Source: a virus | Length of the DNA stretch: 64,000 nt | Direction: 5' to 3' (one strand) | IMG/VR virus record: IMGVR_UViG_3300003886_000002 | Shown: positions 63,265-64,000 of the stretch, piece by piece | How positions within the stretch are numbered: position 1 is the stretch's first letter | How the letters are laid out: every line of letters begins with the position of its first letter | The notes under the pieces: generated by a model | Seen by the model: the letters and a program-made list of their open reading frames with translations, nothing else | Databases searched by the model: none | Told to the model about the DNA's origin: nothing | Translations under genes and position numbers: made by a program

Positions 63265-63984
63265 TCATCCCCAGCAGGAGCGTGACGCATTCCACGGGCT
63301 AGTGCCACCCTGTGCGATCATCTGTGCAGAAACCCGGGCGTTCGCTGATGGGCTGCTCCATGAGCCATAGTCATATCCTAAACGGGCAGCGCGCCCAGAC
63401 CAAAACCGTGGGAGATGCTGAAACAGCCCTAATGCTCCACTAGACCGGTTCACAGCCTGGGGGTTAAGTGTCGACTCACACCTAGCGATCCTAACCAGTA
63501 GATTTCCTGAAACTCCGAACTCTGCTGCTGCGGCCCTAATGGTGCTCTCCACTGATCCCGTTGGTGCAGTGGGGGTAGCAGGTACTGTCGTGGGGGGGTG
63601 CGTAGTGGGTGGTGTAGTGACACGTTTAGGTGGTGGCGGTGGGGCGAAGTACGCTGTACATGGGCGCCCGTCCCCGTTGGTGTCGATACCAGAAGTATCT
63701 GTCTCGGGGGGGCTAGCATCCATCCACTTTTGTGCGTCCGCTTGACTCTGCCAGGTTGCACAACCGGGGGCGGTTATGGCAACGGGGACTGTTGTCGTTG
63801 CCTCTGTGGTGCTAGGGATAGGTTCCGTTGTCGTTGGGACGCTGTCTACGTATGTGGCTGACGTGGGTGCTGGTTCTGTGACAACAGGAGGGGAAGCAAC
63901 ATCAGGGTTCTTGGGAATCTGAACAAAAACGAAGATAACGACAGGAAGCGCGCCTATAAGGGCGAACTTGGTGTAGTGTTTCAT
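63265..63984 (-). CDS. membrane-anchored Excalibur + SLT lytic transglycosylase protein
   Basis: N-terminal TM, Thr/Pro linker, C..W.SQADAQ...DTNGDG.PC, IARCES..NP.A.N..SGA.GLFQ, W. Confidence 0.85.
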   Translation of the reverse strand: MKHYTKFALIGALPVVIFVFVQIPKNPDVASPPVVTEPAPTSATYVDSVPTTTEPIPSTTEATTTVPVAITAPGCATWQSQADAQKWMDASPPETDTSGIDTNGDGRPCTAYFAPPPPPKRVTTPPTTHPPTTVPATPTAPTGSVESTIRAAAAEFGVSGNLLVRIARCESTLNPQAVNRSSGALGLFQHLPRFWSGRAARLGYDYGSWSSPSANARVSAQMIAQGGTSPWNASRSCWG

Positions 63985-64000
63985 GTGTCATTCCTTGGCA

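Noticed and set aside
1-64000. tRNA/rRNA genes, integrase/att sites, transposase
   Set aside because: None recognised by eye; tRNAscan/ARAGORN would be needed to exclude tRNAs.

Overview
A 64 kb fragment of a tailed dsDNA phage, siphovirus-like given its 2245-aa tape measure gene. An actinobacterial host is inferred from gene content: DUF732-like lipoprotein, amidase/holin cassette, and a capsid/tail gene set resembling the 'hexamer + pentamer capsid protein' type of cluster-B-like actinophages. Positions 1-19.4 kb are on the + strand: an array of translationally coupled small genes, a DNA methyltransferase, an Orn-like exonuclease, a ParB/methyltransferase/PLP-enzyme locus, a DExH helicase, and the terminase small and large subunits. 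Positions 19.5-64 kb are on the - strand: a second coupled small-gene array, the lysis cassette, tail, fibre/decoration and capsid genes, and an SLT protein. Highlights: (1) seven inteins in four host proteins, two of them virion proteins, one a class-3-type intein starting with Gly; (2) two endonuclease genes overprinted in alternative reading frames, one inside an intein and one inside an in-frame insertion of the methyltransferase; (3) a fold-type-II PLP enzyme inserted inside a SAM-dependent methyltransferase-like protein flanked by two ParB-fold genes, a candidate unknown DNA-modification pathway; (4) a PAS sensor domain on a membrane protein of the lysis cassette; (5) about 20 gene junctions, most sharing a GG(A/T)GGCGACGATGAGTGA-like coupling motif. 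I saw no tRNA, rRNA, CRISPR array, integrase, portal or capsid protease in the window. All family assignments are by motif recognition by eye; no database searches were run.
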